Shown here one piece after another: positions 1-12,052 of a stretch of DNA of 64,000 nucleotides. Within the stretch, counting starts at the first letter, position 1. Each line of letters opens with the position of its first letter. The notes beneath the pieces were generated by a model. It worked only from the letters and a program-made list of their open reading frames with translations. It was not told the origin of the DNA and made no database searches. The DNA is from Elsinoe ampelina (Eukaryota): assembly GCA_010093995.1 (NCBI GenBank), contig ML992505.1, positions 226,921 to 290,920 of the forward strand. The letters are read 5' to 3'. The translations under genes and the position numbers were made by a program.

Positions 1-1441
1 GTGGTTGCCAGCGAGAGCAAGCTTGAGCTCGTCACCCATGCGACCTTTGGCGTATCCGAAGAGGGTGGTGTCAACACCGGTGTGACCACCGGTAGACCAC
101 TTGAGACCAGACCTGGTGTTGAGAACATTGGCCAAATTTAGGGCGAAGCTGTCGCCACCCGCAACGAGCTGCTCGATCTCGGCAGGAGTAGCGTCGGAGA
201 CCCCGTATGCGGGCAGGATAGTGCTTGTCAGGAAGCTACGGCGGTCGGTGCCGTTGTAGCTCCTGAATTCATCAGCGAGAGTCTCGGCGGTCTTCTTCGC
301 GCCGGTAAGAGCCTTGACATTGTATCTGCTTGGAATGGTCAGACCACCAGTCTCGTGATCAGCAACGGAAATCATGGCAGTGTCTGGGTGATCATCGATC
401 CATCTGCGGACCAACGCCATGACACGCTCGTACTCGAGGACTTCGTGCAGGTGGGCGGCACCATCGGAGGCATGGGAAGCGTGGTCGATGCGGCTAGCTT
501 CAATCATCAGGAAAAAGCCCTTGCCACGCTTGACCAAGCAGCGGAGTCCACGGCACCTGGTGGCATTCTCGAGAGCTTCGAGGGCCTGGCTAGTCATTTC
601 CGACAAAGATGGCTCACGTTCAGCCTCTGGCTGCTGCTGGCGGTCAAGGTCATAGTTGAGGTCACCATCGTTGAAAGTGCCGAGCCATGGAAGATTGATG
701 CGGCCGCGTGACTCCGAGATGGCGTTAAAGGCGGAGCGGTTGGTAGCCACATAGTAGCCTTTCTCGCGAGCAAATTTGAAAATGTCAAGGTCATCTTCGC
801 GGCAAGAAGTAGGGTCTGATTGGGGCTTGAAGTAGCAGCGACCACCGCCAAGTAGGACATCGACAGACTGGTTGAGGGGATGCGACAAGCCGACCTGTTG
901 CTCGACAATGGCGGCGAAGGCATTACGATCGATGACATGCGAAGAGAAAGACGCTGGTGTGGCATGGTTAACGATGCTAGTAACAACCAGACCGGTCAGA
1001 TATCCCTCGAGCTTTGCCGCCTCGAGGATGGTCCCGACGGGTTGGTTGTCGGCAGTGACACCGATGGCACCGTTGTTGGTCTTGAACCCAGATGCGAGAG
1101 CAGTTCCGGCAGCGGCGGAGTCAGTGACCAGATTGTTGGCGGAATGCGTCCTTGTGTTGCCAATGGGCTATCATAGAGTCAGATTATGACAGCGTTGTGT
1201 AGCACGATTACTCACCATCTCATCGATGCTGATACCACTGTTCAGGGCATCGAGGTACGTTCTTGCGATAGTCTGCGACACTGGGGCCATGCCATCTTGA
1301 TTGACAGTATCAGCATTCATCAATATGACTCTCGACGAGTGGCATACCGGGAATAACAAAGATGAAGTTCTTCGGCTTGTCTCTGAAAATAGCGAGGGCC
1401 GCAGGGGCAAAGGCTGCGGAAAGTAGGATTGAAGAACGCAT
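1..1441 (-). CDS. Alkaline phosphatase, secreted type; 3' end runs off the window
   Basis: Spliced translation (introns 1296-1347 and 1168-1215): MRSSILLSAAFAPAALA signal peptide, KNFIFVIPDGM, active-site motif VTDSAAAGTALASG, NHATPASF, FFLMIEASRIDHASH, ADHETGG, WSTGGHTGVD. These are the canonical alkaline phosphatase metal and serine motifs. Confidence 0.95.
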
Positions 1442-3364
1442 TGTGGCGACAATGGAGGCTGATGAGACATTGTAGCTGGGTATGACCTGCATATAAATAC
1501 TGCTCCGCCGTCTTCATACGTTGTGAAATGAGTCGGACGCCACACGGGTAGTAACGCTTGGAGCGGCTCTGTGCCCTGCATGTCCACCCTTTCGATACCA
1601 CGTTCTTGAAGTCGTAGGGGAAGGGTCGGCCATGTTACCTCTCCAGCGCGGTGGAAACACTTTGGTCAAGAGTCCATCTCTCTTGGCTCTGGCTGGCCAA
1701 GCAGTCCGGAACAGGAAGGCTAAAATGAAGCTGAACCCACGTGTTGCAAAACTGACTCTTGAACAGTAGAAAGCTCTGGCCAGGGGAAAGTGAATGCGGT
1801 TCGGTAGCAATAATTGGGATTACCAAGAAGAAAATTCTATAGCAATGCAAGACTATTGTCTTGATGCCAAGAGATACTCACGGTCAAGATTGTATGATCT
1901 GCACATCGTCGTCGCTCAGGGTCGCAGCCGGCCGGGTTATCTCCTGACCAGGAACACTATGCAGACAAGCACTCAAAGAGACGATAAGGTGACATGATTT
2001 TTGATTATCCTGGTCAGATACGGAGTATGTAATGGGAAAGATATTCCAGACATTGGTGCACAGACTAGGGTGACTGACCACTGAGGTCCGGTGGAGCCGC
2101 GAACTATCACGTGTAAAATAATGCAGGGCGTGATCATTGAACCACTGGCAGCGTGTGATCTCTATGTCAAAGGGAGGCGCGGAACCGTCGGGTCCCAACG
2201 TGAGTGCTTCTCAAAGTCAGCGGTGGTAACTTAGCCAGCTCAGAGCTTCATCATATGACCAGACGATCGAGCGGAGTCTCTAGCGACAAAGACATGAATC
2301 GGAAGCTCTGCCTGAGCGGCGTGGTGATGATGGAACATCTCAACTCCGCATGCTGTCGTGGCACGAGTAGACGGGAGGAGTGCCTGTCAATCCGGCAGGG
2401 ATCAGGCATCGATCTCTCACCCAATCTGCTGCCAGAACCCGCAAATTGTCGAAAGTGGTGTGCATTAGCGGCCGAAGTGCTTGTGTGACTTGAACATTGT
2501 TCAACGAGCTGAGGTGGAAGTGGTGTAAGAGGCCGATGGAAGTAGTAAATCGATACTGCGAAGACGACTTGTGCGCACGACTTACGATGGAACAATCGAT
2601 CTTTAGAGACAGACGCCCGTGCTTCACGTGTTGCTGCATCAACTCGGGCGCGTGTCAGGGCAAAAAAGTAGTGGAGGAACCAGAGTGTGCGATCGGAGCC
2701 GCGTTGGCGCTTGTGCTGGCGAGTGACAGCTCTGCCACTCTGGCAGGGAAAAAGGGAAAAAGAGACCAAAAACTGGCCTTGATGATGTGGGTGGATGCGG
2801 GAACTTGAGCCGCGAGTCAGGCCTTTTCTCCTCCAAAAGAGCCCGTGCCCACTTGATCCCAGCCTCTCTTGACCTTTAGTCTCTCTCCACCAACTTGACG
2901 CCAGCTCACATTCACTTTGACATTGTAACTTTGAAGTTTCTTCTTTCCGACACATCCAGCGTGCAGTAAGAGATCCACCTACTGATCGAACACCGATCTC
3001 GAAATATTTGGCCACGACAGCATCTTCAAACGGCCAAACTCGTCCAAGCTTTCGGACCGTTTATCCTTGCCGTACCGAACCTGCGATTGGAAAGAGCAGA
3101 GCTCCAGGAAAAGAAGCTCAAGAAACCCTTTCGAAAACACCAACGCAAACACCGGAACAGCTCTTCGACACGTTACTATCCGACGGCTATTGTCGACATA
3201 TATCTCGAACACTCAGTCGACTCCACTGTTACCTGAGCTGCATCTGCCACGCTTGAAAGGCAGGTGAACTTTCACCACTCACGACCATTGCTCGCATTGC
3301 CCTGCGACTGCGCAATCGATAAGCTTCACTCCGTCTACCATGCCCTTCTAATTCACCTGCGACC

Positions 3365-6300
3365 ATGGGCGTAGACACCCGTCGACCTCCCTTGCCAGCT
3401 CCAACAGAAGATCCGAGCTCAATGGACAACGAGACTGATCTCGCGACCGACATTTCCCGTCGCACCGATCGCACCTCCTACTCCATCCCCGAGGACGGTA
3501 GTCCCATCACTATTACGACCTCGAAACCCATTACCACAAAAGACAGTCTGCACAGACGAAATCGATCACAGACGTCACTTCTCATCGAATACTTTGAGGC
3601 AGGGAAGAATGGCGACAAATCAAGATCGAAACCAAGCGTAAGAGTAAAGGTCACACCCTCAGCCGCGCGAAGGTCCAAGAACGGCAGCGGAAGTGATTCA
3701 GTTCAAATCACAGGCATTGGGAAAGATAGGAAGCCTTCATACACTCGCCGCATCTCTCTTGGAAGCAAGACCGAGACTAGCGAAAAGGTCATCATTGACG
3801 GGACAGAGGTTTCACGAGTATCACGCTCGACAGACTCGAATGGCTCAGCTCACCCGCCTGTCGAAGTCGAAGTTTTGAACCCGAGCGACCTCTCCAACTC
3901 ACGACTGTCCAGAGATTTGCGTTACGTGGAGAACACCTCGGACATTTCTTCCATGCCACCGGATAGCTTGCTTGAACCAGTCACGCACACAGCTACGACG
4001 GAAAGCGACACAGTCCAGGCTGGAAACCCCTTGAACCGGAAACGGAGTCGTAGCCTGGAACGAATCACGACAGATACGAAAGAGACGACACATCTGAACC
4101 CTCCCAGCCACGCCAGGACTCGCAGTCTGAGTCGCGAGCGCATCACACAAAAGGTCATGGAGAAGTTAGCCGGCAGACCGGTCGAGTCGACCAGTCGCCG
4201 TCGTAATGTCGAGTATGAACCGGACACCAAGCCTGTGAAGGAGCGGCGCCGACGTTCATCGAGATCGCATCACACCGAAGATGTCATCAGCCCTGGATCC
4301 AGTCAACTATCCTCCAACATTACACAAAGTCAAGCATCGTACCGATCTGGGAACTCGAAGGTCTCTCTGACAAATCCACGATTACTGGAAATGGTCGAAG
4401 ACACTGTCAGACGGCTGATCATGCCTGAGTTGCAGCAGATGAAAACACAACAGAAGACGACCAAGAATCTAGAAGAGTTTGAAGAGAGCCGGAGAAGCTC
4501 AGCTGTGGACCGTGATTCTCGCAGCGGGCTTGACCGAAGCATCTCCAAGTCATCCAGCACTCCCAACATTCGAGGCAAGCCCAAGGTCGTCCTGAATCGA
4601 CACGACGATGATCCTGGAGAAGTCTTGTCGAGAGGCGATTCCGAACGCATCAAGGTCAGGAGGTCCAGCCGAGGATCCACCGCAGAGTCCGACTCCCGAA
4701 GACGGCGACGATCATCGCGGGCTGACTCCGTCGAGGAGGAACGTACAGAGCGGAAGACCAAGTCGAGCCACAGTAAACGTGACACTGCAGCCGCAGCCAT
4801 TGCAGGAGGCGTTTTGACTGCAGCAGCGCTCAAGCATCACAACTCTCGCGACAAGGACCGGAAGCATCGACTGGCTGACAGAATCGATCACAACGAACAC
4901 GACAGCTACACTCTCTCAGACAGCTTCACGGATACTACGGAGCGCGATCATGGCCATCGAATACGTACAGACGCCCCGCGGATACCCTTCTTGGGCGGAC
5001 CTACCGACTCGGAAATGACAAGGCCGTCCATCATGTCTGCTTCGACCGAACGACCTCTATCTTCTCACGTCGAATCACTGGACACTCCAATTCAAGAGGT
5101 GCCTAGACGTACCTTGGGCGAGTCGCATTCAAGGGGCACATCACGTTCTCGTGGCACATCAGTCGATACCAGAACTCCAGAGACTGCACGTAACGTGGGA
5201 GAGAAAAGCAGCGTTCGATCACTGACCGAGAATATCGAGCGCCACAATCACAGTGGGTCTTCCACCCCAAGTAGATCACGCAATCCCGCACTTGTGGCTG
5301 GGGCGGCCGGACTTGGTGGAGTCGCAGCTGGCTATGCACTCGGTAAGAGCAAATCACCCAAGACGGGCAGGTACGAAGAGACACAGCAGAGCATCAGTCC
5401 AGTGCAAAGTGTGTCCAGCTATCGAGATGATCTCAATGATCCTTTGATCCCGCAAGCTTTGAGCCCGAGAAGTCCAACATATCAGGATGGGTTCAGGACG
5501 GGGGCATATGTACCCTCACCGCTTTCGACCCCCGGTCTGAATGGAGCAAAAGGCCACCTTCCTCCAAAGAGTCAAAACGTCGACTCTTTCGCCGCACGAA
5601 GCAAGCGTCAGAACTTCCGCCCGGACTCTGAACTGTACGATGACACGACGTCAAGGGGCGAAGAGGTCGATGAATGGCTAGAAGAGGAGCACAGGAAGAA
5701 CGACAGACTGAGGGACTCCATGACTGATGGATCCTTCCGCGATTCCTACATCGAAAACAGAGACTCCTACATCGACAACAACCGAGACTCATACACTGAT
5801 GCAAATCGGGATTCGAAGTACACGGTCGACAGTGGCAGCATTAATACCGGCACATCTGAGCGCGGTATCGCTGCTATCGCCGCCACACCCCACTATGTGA
5901 ACTTGCCCATGGGCGTCGAGTCGAATGTGGCGTCACTCATAGATCCATCGACAGTCGACAGCTATCAGTCTTCTGGAATCAGCATGGATCGTCCCTATCA
6001 GGATGTTCATTCCCTACGCGACGATGTTGAGACCCATCAGACTCGCACAGAAGCACCAACCCAGCACGGATATGCTGCGATCATTGACGAGCAGGATGCC
6101 AGCTCTCGAGACTCGAAGAATCTTGGTCAGTCACCTTTGCCAAGCGGTAATCTCGAGCGTCAACGGACTGTTGTGCAATCTCCGAGGCAAAGTGAAGCTT
6201 CTTCCCACCATAGGCGGTCCTCGCATGCTTCCACACCCGTGCAGCTTGGTGCGAGTGGTGTCCCAGATCTCAATGATCCCATGCCAGAGATCGGACACGG

Positions 6301-9124
6301 CCTCGACGCGGCTTCCGTGTCAAGTGCTCGTCATTCCATTCCGGTCTCGCCAATCAGTGCCAAGGAAAGCAGAGAACGATTCCAGTCTGGTCTTGTCGAT
6401 CCGCAAAGAGACAACCGCTACTTCTCATTCGAGCAAGACGACGATGTCTCTCATTCCAGCAAAGGTCACGGCAAAGCTGCTCTAGCAGCAGGTGCAGCAG
6501 GTCTTGCAGCAGGTGCAGCTGTAGGCGCGGCCGCCAAGAAGAGCCGATCCTCCTCGCTAAGAAGTCAGGAACGTCGCTCTTCGGTGGAAGATCTTGAGCG
6601 TGAGGAGACACATCTCGAGCCGCACACTTACCAAGACGGACTAAAGCCCAGCATAACCCCGGTGAATGCACAGCCTCCCCATGACGAGGGTTATGTCTCC
6701 GGTGCCTACGCTCGCTCTGTTGACACTCCACAAGCACGAAGACACGACGAAAAGACTTATAGTCAGGAGGATCTCGCCGAGTATGAAGCTGCCATGGGAC
6801 AGGACGATGTGTTCCAGAACCCCAAGCGTGAGACTTTCCTCAGCGGCAAGTCTGATGGTCTCGACTCTCCCCTGTATGAGAGCGCCACTGGTCGCGGTAT
6901 CGACAGGATCCATTCCAAGGACATCGTGGCTCTGATGGATCATTTGACGGTCCGTGATGCTCAGCGTAATGCTCGCGATACTGAGATTCTGGTCACGCTT
7001 GTCCGCAGTGCTGCCGAGATGCGTCAAAACTTTGAGGATCTCAAGAAGTTCATCAAAGAAGAGGATCGCATGATCATGAAGAACACTGATCGTAACGCCG
7101 ACTCAACCATTCAGCGTGTATTGGGAGGACCCAGACCACAGCCTCAAAGCTCGCCGCGACCTCCACGTGTGGCGTTCGACGAAGAATCCGTCTCTTCAGC
7201 CAAGCGACAGAATGTCTTTAAGCGCGCTCTCAAGGGTCTAGGTGGTCGCAACGCGAACGACCTCGCAAAGATCGAAGATATGCTTAATCAACTCTTGGAT
7301 GACGTCGAGTACCTCAAGGATGCACAGTCGCAGGGTGTCAATAGCCAGCCAATCTCATCCGCCGGCGATAGACATCCTCCAAGCATAGCGGAGAGCCGTA
7401 ACGACGGCTTTTCATCATACGAAGCGCTTCGTGCCAACACCGGATCTGGGTATGAACCCGAAGGTCTGGCTGGAACTGGCTCAACTCCGAACCACTCTGG
7501 CAACGTTCAGCTTTCTCCTCCGGCAAAACAGACTTTCCATTCTGGCTATGACGGACGTCGTGATTCGATTAATCGTGTCAGCACAGTCTTGGAAGGTGAC
7601 GAGGATGAGTTTGACAGAGATGACTCCCTGACTCCGAAGCCACTCGCGACAGGCAAATACCCAAGTCCTATTCAGGACACTCGAAGGAGTGGAATGGTCT
7701 TCGGGACTCCTCCACAAAAATTTGCCTCTGCAGACAACAGTCTTGAGAACACGCCCGATCGCCGGAGTAAGCAGTCATTCGTGCCAAAAGTTTCAAGATG
7801 GTCCAAGACTACCGCCTCGTCTGCTCCAGATGGCTACGACTCGAGAAGACAGTCACATGAGCAACGACCACTCTCAGACGCTTCACTTGGCAGCCGGGGC
7901 ATAGCTGCTCGTGATACCCAGTACTACGACTACGACGACTACGACAGTACTGCGTCTCGTTCACAGCGGCATGCACAAAGCGTGCGGAGCGGTATTAGCG
8001 ATATGACACGTTCTCCATCACCTCTGATCCCTTCCGAAGCAGGATCGGCAAGCAATCAACGACAATCGTATTCCACAACACGCGATTCTTACCACTCAGC
8101 GCCTCGCTCATACAACGCCCCTGCTGGCCAGTTGCCGTCGTCTGCTTCGCCAACTTCTTCACGTCGCTTGTCGAACAACACTGATCGCTCCGCGGCTAAC
8201 GAGTTGCATCTTCCCATCGATGAGGATGAGGACGACTACGACGATCCAAAATACCATGCTCACAGGAAGAGTCTGCTTCTTCATGCCCCAGTCGCCGTGC
8301 CAGGGAAGAAGCCAAACCATGGTAGCACGCTCGAACGTGGAGCTATAGACTACGAGGATGATGGCAGCGAGCTGGGCAGCTTGCCTGGAAGCTTGAATGG
8401 TGGTATGCCAGGTGGCATCCCTGGCAATGTCTCCAACATATCCGGCTCCGATCTCAGCCAGAGGTCAATCGACACCGAATTCGACCCAAACATGTGGGGA
8501 TCAAACCCGGCTCTCTCCCTGGCCCGCGCTCATCGTCTCGGCAAGATCAATGGAGGACAGCCACAGCAGAGCCCGCTCCGCAAAGCTGTCTCTCAGAGCA
8601 TCAGCCCAGCTCAAAGCCCAGTCGAGGCGCTCCCTAGCCCTCGCAGCGGTGGCGGCAGAGACGAACTGCCCATTCAACGCCCAGAAGATCTGCCTATCAA
8701 GACAAGCAAGAAGATCAATCCAGCTCCCGCAAGGCAATACGACGATTACGAGGAAGATCCAGAGCGTCGCTACACCCGCTCTCACGCTCCACCAAGGACA
8801 TTCGACAGGCTGTACTATTCGTCTCCACTCGGAAGCGGACACCTCCTAGAGCCAATCCAGGAGGTGAGGTACAGTCTTGAGACAGACGTGAGCACCCCGC
8901 ATATAACACCTGAGGAAGCCAATACTGATGACTCGCAGAGAACCCCTCCGAGCAGGGAGATCACACCCGAGCCATCAGTGACGCCTCAGCCAGCTGTTGG
9001 TGCGGGAAGCAAGCTGAACCCGTTGAGGAAGATCACTGGCCCGAGACCAATGGGGAGCAAGGCATCTCCAGGCGGAGAGGAGGGAAAGGGGAAGCTGATC
9101 AAGAGAAAGGCCGTTGGATCCTGA
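3365..9124 (+). CDS. Large (1919 aa) S/R/D-rich, mostly disordered protein of unknown function
   Basis: Uninterrupted 5.76-kb ORF. Ordered-looking islands: SLLIEYFE..KPSVRVKVTPS, LLEMVEDTVRRLIMPEL, and DIVALMDHLTVRDAQRNARDTEILVTLVRSAAEMR followed by a coiled-coil-like segment. Confidence 0.85.
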   Translation: MGVDTRRPPLPAPTEDPSSMDNETDLATDISRRTDRTSYSIPEDGSPITITTSKPITTKDSLHRRNRSQTSLLIEYFEAGKNGDKSRSKPSVRVKVTPSAARRSKNGSGSDSVQITGIGKDRKPSYTRRISLGSKTETSEKVIIDGTEVSRVSRSTDSNGSAHPPVEVEVLNPSDLSNSRLSRDLRYVENTSDISSMPPDSLLEPVTHTATTESDTVQAGNPLNRKRSRSLERITTDTKETTHLNPPSHARTRSLSRERITQKVMEKLAGRPVESTSRRRNVEYEPDTKPVKERRRRSSRSHHTEDVISPGSSQLSSNITQSQASYRSGNSKVSLTNPRLLEMVEDTVRRLIMPELQQMKTQQKTTKNLEEFEESRRSSAVDRDSRSGLDRSISKSSSTPNIRGKPKVVLNRHDDDPGEVLSRGDSERIKVRRSSRGSTAESDSRRRRRSSRADSVEEERTERKTKSSHSKRDTAAAAIAGGVLTAAALKHHNSRDKDRKHRLADRIDHNEHDSYTLSDSFTDTTERDHGHRIRTDAPRIPFLGGPTDSEMTRPSIMSASTERPLSSHVESLDTPIQEVPRRTLGESHSRGTSRSRGTSVDTRTPETARNVGEKSSVRSLTENIERHNHSGSSTPSRSRNPALVAGAAGLGGVAAGYALGKSKSPKTGRYEETQQSISPVQSVSSYRDDLNDPLIPQALSPRSPTYQDGFRTGAYVPSPLSTPGLNGAKGHLPPKSQNVDSFAARSKRQNFRPDSELYDDTTSRGEEVDEWLEEEHRKNDRLRDSMTDGSFRDSYIENRDSYIDNNRDSYTDANRDSKYTVDSGSINTGTSERGIAAIAATPHYVNLPMGVESNVASLIDPSTVDSYQSSGISMDRPYQDVHSLRDDVETHQTRTEAPTQHGYAAIIDEQDASSRDSKNLGQSPLPSGNLERQRTVVQSPRQSEASSHHRRSSHASTPVQLGASGVPDLNDPMPEIGHGLDAASVSSARHSIPVSPISAKESRERFQSGLVDPQRDNRYFSFEQDDDVSHSSKGHGKAALAAGAAGLAAGAAVGAAAKKSRSSSLRSQERRSSVEDLEREETHLEPHTYQDGLKPSITPVNAQPPHDEGYVSGAYARSVDTPQARRHDEKTYSQEDLAEYEAAMGQDDVFQNPKRETFLSGKSDGLDSPLYESATGRGIDRIHSKDIVALMDHLTVRDAQRNARDTEILVTLVRSAAEMRQNFEDLKKFIKEEDRMIMKNTDRNADSTIQRVLGGPRPQPQSSPRPPRVAFDEESVSSAKRQNVFKRALKGLGGRNANDLAKIEDMLNQLLDDVEYLKDAQSQGVNSQPISSAGDRHPPSIAESRNDGFSSYEALRANTGSGYEPEGLAGTGSTPNHSGNVQLSPPAKQTFHSGYDGRRDSINRVSTVLEGDEDEFDRDDSLTPKPLATGKYPSPIQDTRRSGMVFGTPPQKFASADNSLENTPDRRSKQSFVPKVSRWSKTTASSAPDGYDSRRQSHEQRPLSDASLGSRGIAARDTQYYDYDDYDSTASRSQRHAQSVRSGISDMTRSPSPLIPSEAGSASNQRQSYSTTRDSYHSAPRSYNAPAGQLPSSASPTSSRRLSNNTDRSAANELHLPIDEDEDDYDDPKYHAHRKSLLLHAPVAVPGKKPNHGSTLERGAIDYEDDGSELGSLPGSLNGGMPGGIPGNVSNISGSDLSQRSIDTEFDPNMWGSNPALSLARAHRLGKINGGQPQQSPLRKAVSQSISPAQSPVEALPSPRSGGGRDELPIQRPEDLPIKTSKKINPAPARQYDDYEEDPERRYTRSHAPPRTFDRLYYSSPLGSGHLLEPIQEVRYSLETDVSTPHITPEEANTDDSQRTPPSREITPEPSVTPQPAVGAGSKLNPLRKITGPRPMGSKASPGGEEGKGKLIKRKAVGS

Positions 9125-9607
9125 GACTCAATGCCATGAGGTCCATGTCGCAGGCGGCAGGGACAGGAGTGGACACGAGAATTTAGGACTTGCATCATAC
9201 AAGAGAGACGAAAGGGAAGCGGAGGAGTTGATGTAGCACAGCGCAGGATTTCTACGAAAAAGGCATGGCGAGCGAGCTGTAGAGAAACACTTTCATTTGC
9301 AGATGAACGAAATCACGACGAGGAAACGACGACGCTAGATATGAGATATGATATGCGACTTTCTCTTTCGGACTTTTTTGGGTTCGTGGTGATTGTACTG
9401 CTCTCCTGCTGCGATTCCTCTGACCCCTCTTCCACCGGGTCCTGGAGAGCGTTCCCGTTCGCAGTGACTGGATTTGCCCATTCAAGCTCGCATGCCACCA
9501 ATAAATACCCATTGCTCCTATTCTATCAAACGATATTGACTCCCCTCTCTCACTCCCACCTCCTTCCTCACTCTGTCCTCTGGATTCCAGCCATTGGAAA
9601 TACAATC

Positions 9608-11540
9608 TCATCCCCTCCCCCTTTGCCCCTTCTGGAACCCCCCCTGCCTAGGCTGCCGCCCATACTCCCTCCTCCCCTTGATTTTCTCATCGGCGCTCTT
9701 CATGCTCGCGCCCAACTGTATATCGATGCGCGGGGGGTGGGCGAAACCGAAGCTCTTGGCCACTTTGACGAGGTCGAGCGAGTTGACGTTGAAGACGGAT
9801 CGTAACGAGTGGGAGGCGTAGGCTTGGAGGTAGGAGCGGTAGCCGTCTTTTGCTGACTGGGGGGAGGGGTTAGCATGAATGGAAGGAAAAGGAAAGGGGG
9901 AAAGGGGGGGAGGGAGATGGACGGACCTTGTTCAAGTAGTAGTTCTTCCCGATTAGGCCCTCGAGTTGTGACTGGATGTTGAGCACCTTGCCCATTGGCA
10001 TTTCAAATTCCACGAGGGGAACACGGGCTTCTTTGAGGTATTTCAAGAACCCGACCTCGCTGGGCTGCAGGAACATGAGACTCTTCCCCTTGCCGCCACT
10101 GCCTCGCGCTGTTCGTCCCACGCGGTGGATGTAATCCCTCGGATCGTCGGGGGGGTCGAATTGCACGATCCAGTCTACGGCTGGGATGTCGAGACCGCGG
10201 GCTGCGACGTCGGTGCAGATGAGGGTTCCCTTTTTGGCGTTGCAGAATTCGAAAAAGGTGTTGGTTCGTTTTTGTTGTTTTTGTTTACCGTGCAGGTCGA
10301 GGACGGGGAGGTCGATGTAGTTGAGGAGTTCGGAGAAGTACTTGACGCAATTACAGGAAGAGAAGAAGACGATGACTTTCTTGTGGGTGTGTTTCTTGAG
10401 GAAGGTGAAGAGGAGGCGGAAGCGGAGGTCGGAGTCGCAGATTACGTAGCCTTGCTCGAGACCGGCGACGGTGGAGTGTTCTTGTGAGCTGTCTACGTTG
10501 ATGTAAAGGGGGTTGGGCCGGAGCGAGATGCGTGCAAGATCAGAGACCTTTGTCGTCTGAGTGGCGGAGAAGAGCATGGTTTGGCGCTCTTCTGAGGGAA
10601 GAACCTTGACAATCTGTCGCATTTCGTCCTCGAACCCGACTTCCAGGATGCGGTCTGCTTCATCTATGACGAGCGCCCGAGCGTTCTTGAAGATGAAGCC
10701 TGGAGTGTTCTGCAAATGATCGAGCAGTCGACCTGGCGTGGCAATCAAGAGGTTGACACCTTTCGATAGCTTCTCTGCTTCTGCTCTACGATTCGCACCA
10801 CCAATCACGATACCGAAGGTCTGCGAGTGATGTGCCATGAGCTCACGAGCGACACCGAAAATCTGCAGAGCAAGCTCACGAGTGGGAGAAACGACAATCA
10901 CACCAGTACCATTCCGCGGCTTGAATCGCAATGAGTGTAGCATCTCAACAGCCGGGATGAGGAACGCAAGTGTCTTTCCAGATCCAGTCTTTGCTGCCCC
11001 GAGCACATCCTTCCCAGCTAGCAAAGGTGGAATGCCCCGCCGTTGTATCTCTGTCATGCTCTTGAATCCCATGTCATTGATCGCTCGCATCGTCTTCTCG
11101 GAGAGTTTGAGCTCGGTAAAGTCCTTCGGGTCGTTGTCGGCGCCAGGGAGAGAGACCCCGTTGGATGATGGCAGGTCAGCACCCTCGTCGGCCTCTTCCA
11201 CCTCCGCACCATTCTGTGGTGCGTCGTCCTCGTCGAGACCTTCGAACTCCGAGTCGGCGCCCTCATCATCGCCGTCCACTGTGGTTGCGCCGGCCTCTGC
11301 GGCAATTACTTTCAGGCTGGAGTTGAGCTCCTCCTCACTGTCCGCACCTCCCTCATCTTTATCCTGCTCTGCCTCTTCGATCACCTTCTCTTTGCGCTTG
11401 TGCTCTTTCTTCGACTTCTTCCTAGCTTCAACATCTTTGCTCGCAGGAGTGGCGTCTGTCGGTCCGGCCGATGTCGAGTCATCTACGGTCTTTGCGTGCT
11501 TTCTCTTGCGCTTCCGCGAGACTTGGTCTTCGTTCGACAT
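9608..11540 (-). CDS. HAS1: ATP-dependent DEAD-box RNA helicase HAS1/DDX18 (~620 aa)
   Basis: [26 protein letters not shown] and HRVGRTAR motifs. Removing intron 9857-9926 restores the HAS1-type tail [24 protein letters not shown], ending at TGA 9610-9608. Confidence 0.96.
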
Positions 11541-12052
11541 GATTGCTTGAACAAGAGTTGCTACAGAAAAAAGTCTCCTACCGCAAAAAGATGCCGGCCC
11601 GCATCGGTGAAGTCAGGCAAAATTTCTGCCAGAGCGGTGAGAGGGGCGGAAAGATCGAAAGTGAAGGCAATTCCGAGCCGCACTCTCCTACGCCACCTTC
11701 AGCACTAGATTGTGCTTATGTTCCTCTACTCAGACATCGGATTGAGCAGACTTGGTCGTGTACAAGCATCAACCAATATGAACTGTGCAGATATGGTCCT
11801 CGAGACAAGGTATTTATAGCAGACCATGATACAGCATGTTTGTATACGAGGCCTAGCGCAGCACGGTACATGAGGCCTCCCATACCAACGAGACCGCTTT
11901 CAGGCAAGTGTCTCGACTTCTCTTTATCATCATGACTGCACATTCATCTACGCGTTCCACGATATAGACACTCGCTGTTCTGGACTTTCCCACTTCGACC
12001 ATCCGTGGTGTTTGGTGTTGAGCGTAGTAGGCCAGCAGGCCAGCAGTCCAGC

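Noticed and set aside
1500..3360. Overlapping ORFs, e.g. 2251-3015 on the minus strand
   Set aside because: No motifs or coding-like composition; this is the divergent intergenic/5' UTR region between the phosphatase and the 1919-aa gene.
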